Both the position numbers and the translations under genes were made by a program. This document shows, in pieces, positions 27,563 to 36,700 of a stretch of 64,000 bases of DNA. The notes beneath the pieces are model-generated. The model did not search any database. It saw only the letters and a list, made by a program, of their open reading frames with translations, and was not told the DNA's origin. Position 1 is the first letter of the stretch. Every line of letters begins with the position of its first letter. The DNA is from a bacterium. Lineage in GTDB: Bacteria > Pseudomonadota > Alphaproteobacteria > SP197. The stretch covers positions 26,201-90,200 of the forward strand of contig JAPPGE010000022.1 in NCBI GenBank assembly GCA_028821455.1, in the 5' to 3' direction.

Positions 27563-28096
27563 TCAGGTTCTCGTGGCGGGTGTCAGATCGATGACCCTGG
27601 AGTCGTATCCGCAGGCCGAAAGGAAGCGCAGGAGATCGCGCGGATGAAGCGCCGTCGTCCGGTTGTTGACGAGCGGATGCAGGTTGACGAGGTCCGCTTC
27701 CATGATGGCGCGATCGATGTAGACACCGATGTCCTCGCCTGTGTCATTGATGAGCGCAAGGGGCGTCACGGCCCCGGGCTCGACCCCGAGAATGTCACGC
27801 ACCCTTTCGGGGCGGGCGAAGCTCAGGCGTGCCGAGCCGATGAGTCCGGCGAGGGACTTGAGGTCGAGTTCGCGTGATTCCTCGACCACGGTGAGCCACA
27901 GCCGCGCCTTCTTGTCCTTGAAGAACAGTGTCTTGCAGTGGATTCCGGGAAGGCTGCCGCGCAACGCGCGGTTGTCGGCCACGGTATGGACGGGTTCATG
28001 TTCGTGGGTCGTGCACGGGATGCCGAGCTCCTTGAGCCTGGCGATCAGGTCGCCGGGCGTTGCCCTGCCCGGCATCGTCGTCGTCGGTCGGTTCAT
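27563..28096 (-). CDS. YbaK/ProX-family aminoacyl-tRNA deacylase
   Basis: HEPVHTVADN...GIHCKTLFFKDKKARLWLTVV matches the YbaK/EbsC deacylase domain. The internal Met is preferred. The track ORF starts at a TTG at 28183. Confidence 0.7.
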   Translation of the reverse strand: MNRPTTTMPGRATPGDLIARLKELGIPCTTHEHEPVHTVADNRALRGSLPGIHCKTLFFKDKKARLWLTVVEESRELDLKSLAGLIGSARLSFARPERVRDILGVEPGAVTPLALINDTGEDIGVYIDRAIMEADLVNLHPLVNNRTTALHPRDLLRFLSACGYDSRVIDLTPATRT

Positions 28097-28228
28097 GGGG
28101 CATGTGGTCCGGTCTGGTGGTGAATCAGGCCCCGGCTTTCCGGCGGTCGATAAATGTCCTACACTTCCGGGGACCTGATGCAAGGGATCCTGAGCCCTTG
28201 TTGATCACTTCTGGGAGGATCCAGGGAG

Positions 28229-29677
28229 ATGACTGATCAACTAGCTTCGCTTACCGTCATCTTCACGGAGTTCTACTACTGGGTCACGGTCGTCATCATG
28301 TTCCTGATCCACGTAGGGTTCTGTGTCTATGAGGTCGGCGCGTCGCGCCGCAAGAATCTTCAACACACGCTGATGAAGAACACGATGCTGATCCCGCTGG
28401 TCACCATCACGTTCTTCTATTTCGGATGGTGGATCTACTTCGCCTTCCCCCACTTCCCGCTGATGGGCGGATTTCTCGATGCGCCCTTCGCCGTGCCGTG
28501 GTCCGAACTCATGGGCACCCATATGGGCGGTGCGGTCACCGTCCAGGCTGCGAGCCTGACGTCGGATGACACCATGTTCTGGGCCCGCATCAACGGGGTC
28601 TTCTGGGCAGCCTTCCTGCTGTTCTCATGGACCACCGCGTCCATCGTCTCCGGTGCCGTCATCGAACGCATCAAGACACAGGCGTTCCTGCTCGTGGTAG
28701 TTCTTGTCGGTTCGGTGACATGGATCATCGATGCCGCCTGGGGCTGGAGCTGGAATGGCTGGATGGTGCAGCTGTGGGGCTATCACGATGCCTACGCATC
28801 CTCGGTGGTGCACGGCATTGCCGGTGGCTCGGCGCTGGGCATCCTGGTCGTGCTGGGTCCCAGACTCGGCAAGTTCGCCGCCGATGGGACACCGCGCAAC
28901 ATACCCCAGAACAATCCCTGGCTCGTCACGGTCGGGCTGTTCCTGATCTATACCGGGTTCTGGGGATTCTATGCCGCGTGCAACATTCCCATCATCGACT
29001 ACACCGCTGATGTCATGGGAGCCGAGGGAGCAGCCTTCTTCACGGCGACCAACATCTACCTGACACCGACATCGCTTTCCGCCATTACCTTCAACTTCCT
29101 GATGTCGCTTTCGGGCGGTCTCCTGGCAGGCTATCTGGTCTCGAGGGGTCAGCCGTTCTGGAGCTATTCGGGAGGTCTTGCAGGCGTCATCTGCGCCTCT
29201 GCTGGCAACGATCTCTATCATCCGATCGAGTCAATGGTCATCGCCATGGTCGGTGTGTGGATCGCCTACAAGATGCACCACTGGGTGGAGAGGAGGTTCA
29301 AGATCGACGATGCGGTGGGCGCCGTGGCCGTGCACGGTTACGCCGGTTTCGCCGGGACGGTGATCGCGGGCTTCATGCTCTGGGGTTATCCCTCCAACGT
29401 CGCCTACGAAGCGACGGGCTGGTTCGGCAATACCGACGGTGTGGCATCCATCAATCCGCTCGGCCAGTTCCTGGGCGCCGTGCTGATGTTCTGGGGTCTT
29501 GGCTTCCTGCCCTGCTGGGTTCTGGCCAAGGTTCTCAATGGCATGGGCTGGTTGCGTGTGCCGCGCGAAGTCGAACTTGCCGGTCTCGATACCCATGACT
29601 ACGGGGATGCCTTCCCGTACCACGCCTATCGTGACACGGCGATGGAAGACGTCGACCGCGATCTCGCAAAGAGCTGA
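28229..29677 (+). CDS. amt: Ammonium/methylammonium transporter (Amt family), 482 aa
   Basis: 11 TM helices with Amt signature residues (twin His, HGYAGFAGT). No glnK is adjacent. Confidence 0.9.
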   Translation: MTDQLASLTVIFTEFYYWVTVVIMFLIHVGFCVYEVGASRRKNLQHTLMKNTMLIPLVTITFFYFGWWIYFAFPHFPLMGGFLDAPFAVPWSELMGTHMGGAVTVQAASLTSDDTMFWARINGVFWAAFLLFSWTTASIVSGAVIERIKTQAFLLVVVLVGSVTWIIDAAWGWSWNGWMVQLWGYHDAYASSVVHGIAGGSALGILVVLGPRLGKFAADGTPRNIPQNNPWLVTVGLFLIYTGFWGFYAACNIPIIDYTADVMGAEGAAFFTATNIYLTPTSLSAITFNFLMSLSGGLLAGYLVSRGQPFWSYSGGLAGVICASAGNDLYHPIESMVIAMVGVWIAYKMHHWVERRFKIDDAVGAVAVHGYAGFAGTVIAGFMLWGYPSNVAYEATGWFGNTDGVASINPLGQFLGAVLMFWGLGFLPCWVLAKVLNGMGWLRVPREVELAGLDTHDYGDAFPYHAYRDTAMEDVDRDLAKS

Positions 29678-29704
29678 GCGGTCCCGGAAAGGAGACAGGA
29701 AACC

Positions 29705-29938
29705 ATGTCTACCAACGTTGAAAGCTGGTCCGATGTTGCGTCTCTGGGCGCCATCTATCCCTTCCCGGGAATCGAATGGCTCCTCGTCCTGGCTGGCGTC
29801 GCCATCTGGGTGATCTGGCACGTCTGGCAGATCCGTTCGGAGAATTCCGAGTACGATGCGGCGGTCCAACACTACCAGGACGTCGGCATGGACAAGGCCC
29901 TCGATCATCGAGGGCGCCATGACGCCATGCTCGACTGA
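29705..29938 (+). CDS. Small single-TM membrane protein (77 aa), hypothetical
   Basis: GIEWLLVLAGVAIWVIWHVWQI is the TM helix. 27 nt downstream of amt, followed by hairpins. Confidence 0.4.
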   Translation: MSTNVESWSDVASLGAIYPFPGIEWLLVLAGVAIWVIWHVWQIRSENSEYDAAVQHYQDVGMDKALDHRGRHDAMLD

Positions 29939-29955
29939 CGGGCAGTAACCATCTC

Positions 29956-30023
29956 CAGGGGGCGGTGACCCACCGCCCCCTGTTTCACGCGATCGGCGGA
30001 TGGCGCCATGCCGTCCGCCGATC
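29956..30023. terminator. Two consecutive GC-rich hairpins between convergent genes (bidirectional terminator candidate)
   Basis: CAGGGGGCGGTG-acc-CACCGCCCCCTG is a perfect 12-bp stem followed by TTT. Then GATCGGCGGA-n13-TCCGCCGATC. Confidence 0.5.
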
Positions 30024-30223
30024 GCCGTTTGGAATGGGCAGACGGGCGGTGGGAACCGGAAACGCGGATTACGGGCAGGCTTCCACGCCGCCAGGAGATG
30101 GGCCGGGCAGACGTCGCGCACCGGCGTTTCTCCGCTTGCCCTGATTCGTGCGGATTGCGCCACACGATATGCGGCGCAAAGGGGTGTTCGATCAGCGCTC
30201 GCAAGCAGCAGATGTGGGGACGC

Positions 30224-30640
30224 TCACAGGCGCACCTGCCAGTGGGGCTCCACTTCGGTCCACTCGTCATCCGAGTCTTCAGGCCATGGCGGCATGGTCA
30301 CCGCGAAGGCCGAGAGCGCCGTGCCGTGACCGGCGCGGAACTGGAAGGACGTGCCAAGCGGAATTGTCAGGCAGAGACCGGGTGTCAGCGCGACAACGTC
30401 CTCTTGCTTGTCCGTGCGGCGCCACATCTCGCCGCGGCCCTCGAGGATGTACCAGATTTCTTCCACACTCCGGTGGCGTCCGGCGCGCGACACCCTGCCC
30501 GGCGCCAGACGGAAGTGTGCGGCACTGCCGCCGGCAAGGGAGCAGAGGATGCGGACCTCCGCACCATCGGGCGCGAGCGTGTCGGCTTCGTCCGGCAGCT
30601 GCCGGGTGGCGAGAGGCCGTTCCTGAAAGTCAGCGGTCAT
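30224..30640 (-). CDS. Cupin-domain protein
   Basis: The HFRLAPGRVSRAGRHRSVEEIWYILEGRG region is cupin motif 1. Confidence 0.6.
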   Translation of the reverse strand: MTADFQERPLATRQLPDEADTLAPDGAEVRILCSLAGGSAAHFRLAPGRVSRAGRHRSVEEIWYILEGRGEMWRRTDKQEDVVALTPGLCLTIPLGTSFQFRAGHGTALSAFAVTMPPWPEDSDDEWTEVEPHWQVRL

Positions 30641-30836
30641 GGGATGAAGTGGCGAGCCCGGTTGCCGCGTGACGGGAGTCTTCCGGAATGTCGCGGATGT
30701 CCATCAGGCGTGATCCCGGAGATTGCTCCGGCCCGACCCTTACCACGCCACCCCTGTCCGGAGAAGGAGCAGCCATCCGGCACGCACTTGGCGTCGGGAC
30801 TGGAGAAGCGGGTCCCTGGCGGGTATCGTTGCGGCC

Positions 30837-31058
30837 ATGAAACAGGAACTCGATGTGCGGGGGCTCGCCTGTCCCCTGCCCGTGCTCAAGGCGCGCAAAC
30901 GCCTCAAGGAGATGGCGAGCGGGGATGTTCTCGTCGTTCTTGCCACGGATCCCGGTTCGCAGAGGGATTTCGAGGCCTTTGCCGACACCACCGGCCATGT
31001 GTTGCTCGCCACGTCGATGGATGCCGACGTCTACACGTTCGAAATCCGCCGCCGTTGA
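30837..31058 (+). CDS. TusA-like sulfurtransferase (SirA/YedF family), 73 aa
   Basis: MKQELDVRGLACPLPVLKARKRL: the CPxP motif. Confidence 0.75.
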   Translation: MKQELDVRGLACPLPVLKARKRLKEMASGDVLVVLATDPGSQRDFEAFADTTGHVLLATSMDADVYTFEIRRR

Positions 31059-31089
31059 TCCTTGTCCTTTCTTGATCTAGGGTGGTTTC

Positions 31090-31190
31090 AGTCACTCACG
31101 GGGAGCTCCTAGGGAGCTGAGAGATGTCGATAGGCATCGACCCGTTGAACCTGATCCGGATCATGCCGGCGTAGGGATTGAGGCGACAGT
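31090..31190 (+). ncRNA. TPP (thiamine pyrophosphate) riboswitch, THI element
   Basis: CTGAGA...ACCCGTTGAACCTGATCCGGATCATGCCGGCGTAGGGA matches the THI-box consensus directly upstream of the thiamine ABC transporter. Confidence 0.85.
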
Positions 31191-31242
31191 CTTTTCTCAC
31201 CAGGAAGACACCCTCCCCGGCCCCGGCGCCGAAGGAGGAACC

Positions 31243-32238
31243 ATGCCAAGAACGGTGACCTTTCTATCGGCCGCCCTGCTGACCATCCTGTCAGCGCGCG
31301 CCGAAACGCTTGATGTCTACACATATGAGTCCTTTGTCAGCGAGTGGGGCCCGGGACCGCAGATCGAGGAGGCCTTCGAGGCCCGCTGCGCGTGCACCAT
31401 CCGCTGGACGGCGGTCGATGACGCCGCAATCCTGCTGTCGAGACTGCGTCTCGAGGGGTCGGGCGGCGACGCGGACGTGGTGCTCGGGCTCGACACCAAC
31501 CTGATGGCCGAAACCAGCGATCTCGGCCTTGTCCGCCGGCATGGCATTGTCGGCCTGGAGTTCGATCTCCCCGTTCCATGGGACGATCCCGTCTTCGTTC
31601 CCTTCGACTACGGGTATTTTGCCGTGATCTACGATGACCAGGCGCTGCCTCAGCCACCGGCATCACTCGATGACCTGGTGTCGGGTGGCAACGGCGCCGA
31701 TCTCATCATCCAGGATCCCCGCACCAGCACCCCGGGGCTGGGTCTCATGCTGTGGATGAAGGCCGTCTACGGCGATTCCGCGGCCGATGCCTGGCGCAGG
31801 CTGTCGTCACGTGTTCTCACGGTCACCGCGGGATGGAGCGAGGCCTACGGGCTGTTCCTGGAGGGCGAGGCGCCGATGGTGCTGAGCTACACGACCTCTC
31901 CGGCCTATCACCAGCTCGTCGAGGGCGAGACGAGGTACCGCGCCGCCATGTTCGAGGAAGGCCACTACATGCAGATCGAGGTGGCGGCCATGGTCGAGGG
32001 CACGGACCAGGAAGACCTTGCCCGCGATTTTCTGCGCTTCATTGCCACGCCGGGGTTCCAGGGCGCCATCCCGACGGGTAACTGGATGTACCCGGTGATC
32101 GATCTCGGTGATGACCTTCCGGACGTCTTCCGCGAACTGCCGGCGCCGGCCGTGTCACTGCTGCTGCCGCCGGAAGAGGCCGGCGCCATGCGCAGACAGT
32201 GGATCGACGAGTGGCTGGAGGCGGCCATCGGAGAATGA
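31243..32238 (+). CDS. tbpA: Thiamine ABC transporter periplasmic binding protein
   Basis: Signal peptide MPRTVTFLSAALLTILSARA. Synteny with thiP and thiQ. TbpA/ThiB family. Confidence 0.9.
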   Translation: MPRTVTFLSAALLTILSARAETLDVYTYESFVSEWGPGPQIEEAFEARCACTIRWTAVDDAAILLSRLRLEGSGGDADVVLGLDTNLMAETSDLGLVRRHGIVGLEFDLPVPWDDPVFVPFDYGYFAVIYDDQALPQPPASLDDLVSGGNGADLIIQDPRTSTPGLGLMLWMKAVYGDSAADAWRRLSSRVLTVTAGWSEAYGLFLEGEAPMVLSYTTSPAYHQLVEGETRYRAAMFEEGHYMQIEVAAMVEGTDQEDLARDFLRFIATPGFQGAIPTGNWMYPVIDLGDDLPDVFRELPAPAVSLLLPPEEAGAMRRQWIDEWLEAAIGE

Positions 32239-33836
32239 TGGTCGGCTTGCGGCCCCTGCTATGGCCCGGAGTGCTGGCGCTCGTCGCCTCTCCGGGCCTG
32301 GCGGTGCTGGCGCTTGTGGCGCTTCTCGAAGCGGCGCCCCTGGGAGAAACCGGACGTCTGCTCGATCGCTATGCGCTCCACGTGCTCGGCTTCACGGTCC
32401 TCCAGGCGACGCTCTCCACGGTGCTTTCCCTCGTGTTCGCTGTTCCCCTTGCCCGGGCCCTGGCGCGCCGTCCGGTCTTTCCGGGACGCGGCATCGTGAT
32501 CCGCCTCTTCGGCATTCCGCTGGTGCTGCCGGCCATCGTCGCCGTGTTCGGGGTGGTGGCCGTGTGGGGACAGAACGGTGCCGTCAACGCCGCGCTGGGA
32601 ACGGTCGGATTGGAGGGGCTCGGTCCTATCTACGGACTCGAGGGCATTCTCATTGCCCACACCTTCTTCAACATACCGCTTGCCGTGCGCCTGCTGCTGC
32701 CGGTCTGGGAGTCCATTCCCGGAGAGACGTGGAGACTGGCGGCGCAGCTCGGCATGTCCTCATGGCCGATCTTCCGGCTGATCGAGTGGCCCCGCATTAC
32801 GGAAGTTCTGCCTGGCATCGCCATGCTCGCCTTTCTCCTCACATTCTCCAGCTTCACCGTCGTCCTCGCACTTGGCGGCGGTCCGGGGGCAGCCACGCTT
32901 GAAGTGGCGATCTACCAGGCGCTGAGGCTGGATTTCGACATCGTCCGTGCCGTCTTCCTCGCCGTGCTCCAGGTCGTGATCTGCGGCGCCGTCGCCGTCG
33001 TCCTCTTCCGTTTCGCCCGCTTTTCCCTGAGTGAGGCGGGGGCGGGCAGGATCGCCGGACGTCCCGACTCCCATGGCCGGCTGGGCCGCGTCGGCGATGC
33101 CCTCCTGATCGCCGCCGGCATCTTCTGGGTTGGCGCGCCGCTTGCCGCGGTCGCGATTTCCGGCCTGGCCGGCCCACTGGCGGATGTTCTCGCCCGCCAG
33201 GATGTCTGGCTTGCGGCGTTGCGCAGTGTGGTGGTCGGGCTTGGCGCCGGTGTCGTTGCCGTCACCGTCGGGCTCCTGCTCGGCGCCACTACCTGCGATC
33301 TGGCCATGCGCCGCCACCGCCGCCGTCTGGCCGATGTCCTCGAGATTGCCGGCAGCCAGACCCTTATCGTGTCACCGGTGGTGCTGGGAGCCGGCCTCTT
33401 CGTTCTCCTCCTCGGGCATATCCGGGTGTTCGACTGGGCCCTGCCGCTTGCCGCCCTGGTCAATGGGCTCGTCTGCGTCCCCTATGTGCTGCGACTCGTC
33501 TCTCCGGTCCTGCGCCGGACCGCAGCCCATCATGACCGGCTGTGCGCCAGCCTCGGTCTGGCAGGCATCCGCCGGATTGTCTGGCTCGAGGGACCCCTGG
33601 CGCTGCGACCGCTGGCGACGGCGCTGGCCCTGGCCACGGCGCTGGCTGCGGGCGATCTCACCGCCATCGCGCTCTTCGGAACCGAGCGCGAGGCGACCCT
33701 TGCCCTGCTTCTCTACCGGGCACTGGGCAGCTACCGCATGGATGAGGCTGCCGTGATCGCGCTGTTTCTCGTGCTGGTGTGCCTTGCCATCTTCGTTGTC
33801 GTCGAGGGCCTCGGCCGTGTCGCCGCCCGGACTTGA
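32235..33836 (+). CDS. thiP: Thiamine ABC transporter permease (two-domain)
   Basis: ATGA overlap with tbpA. Two EAA-loop permease domains. Confidence 0.9.
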   Translation: MMVGLRPLLWPGVLALVASPGLAVLALVALLEAAPLGETGRLLDRYALHVLGFTVLQATLSTVLSLVFAVPLARALARRPVFPGRGIVIRLFGIPLVLPAIVAVFGVVAVWGQNGAVNAALGTVGLEGLGPIYGLEGILIAHTFFNIPLAVRLLLPVWESIPGETWRLAAQLGMSSWPIFRLIEWPRITEVLPGIAMLAFLLTFSSFTVVLALGGGPGAATLEVAIYQALRLDFDIVRAVFLAVLQVVICGAVAVVLFRFARFSLSEAGAGRIAGRPDSHGRLGRVGDALLIAAGIFWVGAPLAAVAISGLAGPLADVLARQDVWLAALRSVVVGLGAGVVAVTVGLLLGATTCDLAMRRHRRRLADVLEIAGSQTLIVSPVVLGAGLFVLLLGHIRVFDWALPLAALVNGLVCVPYVLRLVSPVLRRTAAHHDRLCASLGLAGIRRIVWLEGPLALRPLATALALATALAAGDLTAIALFGTEREATLALLLYRALGSYRMDEAAVIALFLVLVCLAIFVVVEGLGRVAART

Positions 33837-34548
33837 ACTCGACGGCATCACGTTCGGCCAGGGAGGCTGGACCCTCGCCGCCGATCTTGCGGTGCGCCGC
33901 GGCGAATCGCTGGCGCTCATCGGCGCCAGCGGCGCCGGCAAGAGCACGCTGCTGTCTCTGGCCGCCGGATTCGAAAGGCCGCTCTCGGGGCGCATTCTCG
34001 TCGATGGAAGGGTGGTGACGGATCTTCCTCCCGCATCGAGACCGATCACCACGCTTTTCCAGGAGCACAATCTCTTTGCCCACCTCACTGCTCTCGACAA
34101 CGTCGCCCTTGGTCTTCATCCCGGCCTGAGACTGACGGCAGCGGACCGGCAAACGGCCCATGAGGCCCTCTCCCGTGTGGAGCTCGAATCCATGGCGCAT
34201 CGGCGGCCCGGCGAACTCTCCGGTGGCGAGCGCCAGCGGGTCGCCCTTGCGAGGGCGCTGGTGATGAAACGACCCGTGCTGCTCCTGGACGAGCCCTTCG
34301 CCGCTCTCGGACCGGCATTGCGCCGGGCCATGCTCGATCTCGTGTCACGGCTGGGGAGGGAGTCCGGGCTGACCGTGGTGATGGTCACCCATGATCCAGG
34401 GGATGCCCGGCGCATTGCCGACTCGGTCGCATTCATGGACGGCGGACGCGTTCTTCTCAGCGGGCCCACGGACTCCGTTCTCGACACTCCTGAGCTGCCG
34501 GAACTGGTGCGCTATCTCGATCCCGACTCCGATCAGGATCCGTCGTGA
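33784..34548 (+). CDS. thiQ: Thiamine ABC transporter ATP-binding protein
   Basis: Walker A GASGAGKST, LSGGERQR, and DEPF (Walker B). The start may be the GTG at 33817 (VSPPGLELDGITF aligns with the ThiQ N-terminus). Confidence 0.85.
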   Translation: MPSSLSSRASAVSPPGLELDGITFGQGGWTLAADLAVRRGESLALIGASGAGKSTLLSLAAGFERPLSGRILVDGRVVTDLPPASRPITTLFQEHNLFAHLTALDNVALGLHPGLRLTAADRQTAHEALSRVELESMAHRRPGELSGGERQRVALARALVMKRPVLLLDEPFAALGPALRRAMLDLVSRLGRESGLTVVMVTHDPGDARRIADSVAFMDGGRVLLSGPTDSVLDTPELPELVRYLDPDSDQDPS

Positions 34549-34946
34549 TCCTCCAGGGCGGCGGCAAGGGCTGCCCTCTCGGGGCCGGCGACGAGGGTGC
34601 TGGCGAACACCGCGTCCGGCTCCATGAACTGCATGTCGATCTCCTCGCCGGCGGGCACACACGGAGAATCGTCCGACTCGACGAGATAGTAGATGGGCGT
34701 GTAGGGCGCCCGTGTCCACGGGCTGATCAGGGTTCCCGGATCATGGAGTTCGCGCACGATCCGGATTTCCATGCCGGTCTCTTCCCGGAATTCCCTTTCC
34801 AGCGCCTCACATGCAGTCTCGCCATGATCGACGCCGCCGCCTGGATACTTCCACACGAAGAGCCCGCCGACGTATTCGGCGGCAATGAGGACCTGGCGGT
34901 TGCGCAGCAGGACTCCGTAGACACGGTAGTTCTGTGGATGAGTCAT
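34533..34946 (-). CDS. NUDIX hydrolase
   Basis: GGGVDHGETACEALEREFREETG is the Nudix box. The 3' end overlaps thiQ convergently by 16 nt. Confidence 0.8.
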   Translation of the reverse strand: MTHPQNYRVYGVLLRNRQVLIAAEYVGGLFVWKYPGGGVDHGETACEALEREFREETGMEIRIVRELHDPGTLISPWTRAPYTPIYYLVESDDSPCVPAGEEIDMQFMEPDAVFASTLVAGPERAALAAALEDHDGS

Positions 34947-35029
34947 GGGGCGGGCACCGACCGCATTCGTGTCATGGAAGATCGCCTGCTGTAGAAACGT
35001 CGACTGTCGGCTCTACCGGAAGATGCACC

Positions 35030-36400
35030 ATGGCAGCAAGCACGAACATTCTCGAGACGATCGGCAACACGCCGATGGTCGAGGTGAGATCCTTCGATAC
35101 CGGTCCCTGCCGTCTCTTCCTGAAGCTGGAAAACCAGAATCCGGGGGGATCGATCAAGGATCGCCCGGCGCTTTCCATGGTGGAGGCCGCCGAACGGTCG
35201 GGGGCCATCGGGCCCGGCGGCACGCTGATCGAGGCGACGGCGGGGAACACCGGCATCGGGCTTGCCCTCGTGGCGCGCCAGAAGGGCTATCGCCTGCTTC
35301 TCGTGATCCCCGACAAGATGAGCCAGGAAAAGATATTCAACCTGCAGGCCATGGGGGCGGAAATCCGCCTGACGCGCTCGGATGTCACGAGAGGGCACCC
35401 CGAGTACTACCAGGATCTCGCCAGCCGCCTGGCCGACGAGACTCCCAACAGCTTCTTCGTCAACCAGTTCGGCAATCCGGCGAATCCGCTGGCCCACGAA
35501 CAGGGAACGGGGCCGGAGATCTGGAAGCAGATGGACCACAAGGTGGATGCCGTCGTTTGTGGCGTGGGATCGGGCGGCACCATCACCGGGATCGGCCGCT
35601 TCTTTGGCAGGCAGGCGCCGCATGTCGAGATGATACTCGCCGATCCCCTCGGATCGGTGCTGGCCGACCAGGTCAACACGGGCACCCCGGGCCCGTTGGG
35701 ATCCTGGCTTGTCGAGGGCATCGGCGAGGATTTCATTCCCGAGGTGAGCGATCTTTCCCTCGTCTCGAAGGCCTACAAGGTGACGGATGCCGAGGCCTTC
35801 GCCGCGGCCCGCAAACTCCTCGTGGATGAAGGCATCCTGGCAGGCTCGTCGTCGGGCACCCTGCTGGCGGGCGCACTGGCCTACTGCCGTGAACAGGGCG
35901 AGGAGAAGAACGTGGTGACGCTGGTCTGCGACAGCGGCAACAAGTACCTCTCCAAGATGTACAACGACTACTGGATGCTGGATCAGGGGTTTCTCGAGCG
36001 CGAGACCCACGGCGACCTGCGCGATCTCATCGCCCGCCCCCATGCCGACCGGGCCTCCGTCACGACATCACCGGACGACACGCTCGCCACCGCGCTGTCG
36101 CGCATGAAACTCTATGACATCAGCCAGTTGCCTGTCCTGGCGGACGACAACGTGGTCGGCATCATCGATGAATCCGACATCCTGTGGGCCATTCACCGCC
36201 GTCATGGCGCCTTCACGGACCGGGTGGCATCGGCGATGTCGGTGAGCCCGGAAACCGTCGAGGCGACCGCCGACATCGACACGCTGATGACCATCTTCCG
36301 CCGTGACCTGACGGCGATCGTTGTCGACGACGACGCCTTTCTTGGCGTCATCACCCGCATCGACCTCCTCAACTGGCTGCGCCGGGAGCGCCGCCAGTAG
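35030..36400 (+). CDS. Cystathionine beta-synthase-like PLP enzyme (cysteine-synthase fold + tandem CBS domains), 456 aa
   Basis: The PLP Lys is in LENQNPGGSIKDRPALSMV. GNTGIG is present. The C-terminal CBS pair is ISQLPVLADDNVVGIIDESDIL and LTAIVVDDDAFLGVITRIDLL. Confidence 0.85.
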   Translation: MAASTNILETIGNTPMVEVRSFDTGPCRLFLKLENQNPGGSIKDRPALSMVEAAERSGAIGPGGTLIEATAGNTGIGLALVARQKGYRLLLVIPDKMSQEKIFNLQAMGAEIRLTRSDVTRGHPEYYQDLASRLADETPNSFFVNQFGNPANPLAHEQGTGPEIWKQMDHKVDAVVCGVGSGGTITGIGRFFGRQAPHVEMILADPLGSVLADQVNTGTPGPLGSWLVEGIGEDFIPEVSDLSLVSKAYKVTDAEAFAAARKLLVDEGILAGSSSGTLLAGALAYCREQGEEKNVVTLVCDSGNKYLSKMYNDYWMLDQGFLERETHGDLRDLIARPHADRASVTTSPDDTLATALSRMKLYDISQLPVLADDNVVGIIDESDILWAIHRRHGAFTDRVASAMSVSPETVEATADIDTLMTIFRRDLTAIVVDDDAFLGVITRIDLLNWLRRERRQ

Positions 36401-36411
36401 GCATCGCGACG

Positions 36412-36625
36412 GTTACCGCATGGTTTGATGAACGTTGGCCTGGACCGGTTTTCTGTGCGGCAGATCAGTCCCGATCGTTGTGCGGCGGTTGGCTGTGACC
36501 TGTTCCGGGACGGCCATGGAACAGGGTGTTCAGTGCCACGGTCCCGACATCGAAGGCGACGTGGTTGTTGATGTCCGAGATGGCAAACGAGGCATGCTGC
36601 AGGTCGACTGCGCTCCATCCGCTTT
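36412..36625 (-). pseudogene. Remnant of a VOC-family (glyoxalase/bleomycin-resistance/dioxygenase) gene, truncated and frameshifted
   Basis: Minus-strand translation gives ...VDLQHASFAISDINNHVAFDVGTVALNTLFHG, the typical VOC N-terminal beta-alpha-beta unit. It then stops, with no start codon and a continuation in another frame. Confidence 0.3.
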
Positions 36626-36700
36626 ATTGGATGGAATTGGATGGACAATTGGATGTCGATGCGGCATTCTTGAATTGGATGAAATTGGATGGATGAATGG
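36626..36700. repeat. Tandem or interspersed short direct repeats, 5 copies of (A)ATTGGATG(G), immediately upstream of fic
   Basis: ATTGGATGGAATTGGATGGACAATTGGATGTCGATG...GAATTGGATGAAATTGGATGGATGAATGG, in a low-GC segment. Confidence 0.7.

Noticed and set aside
36202-36648. 148-aa minus-strand ORF between the cystathionine beta-synthase gene and fic
   Set aside because: No recognisable motifs. It overlaps the 3' end of the cystathionine beta-synthase gene antisense and shares sequence with the VOC-family remnant in another frame. Treated as non-coding or decayed.
36626-36700. AATTGGATG repeat block as a CRISPR array
   Set aside because: The repeats are about 9 nt with irregular 1-18 nt gaps. 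That is far shorter than CRISPR repeats or spacers. No cas genes. Kept as a generic repeat.
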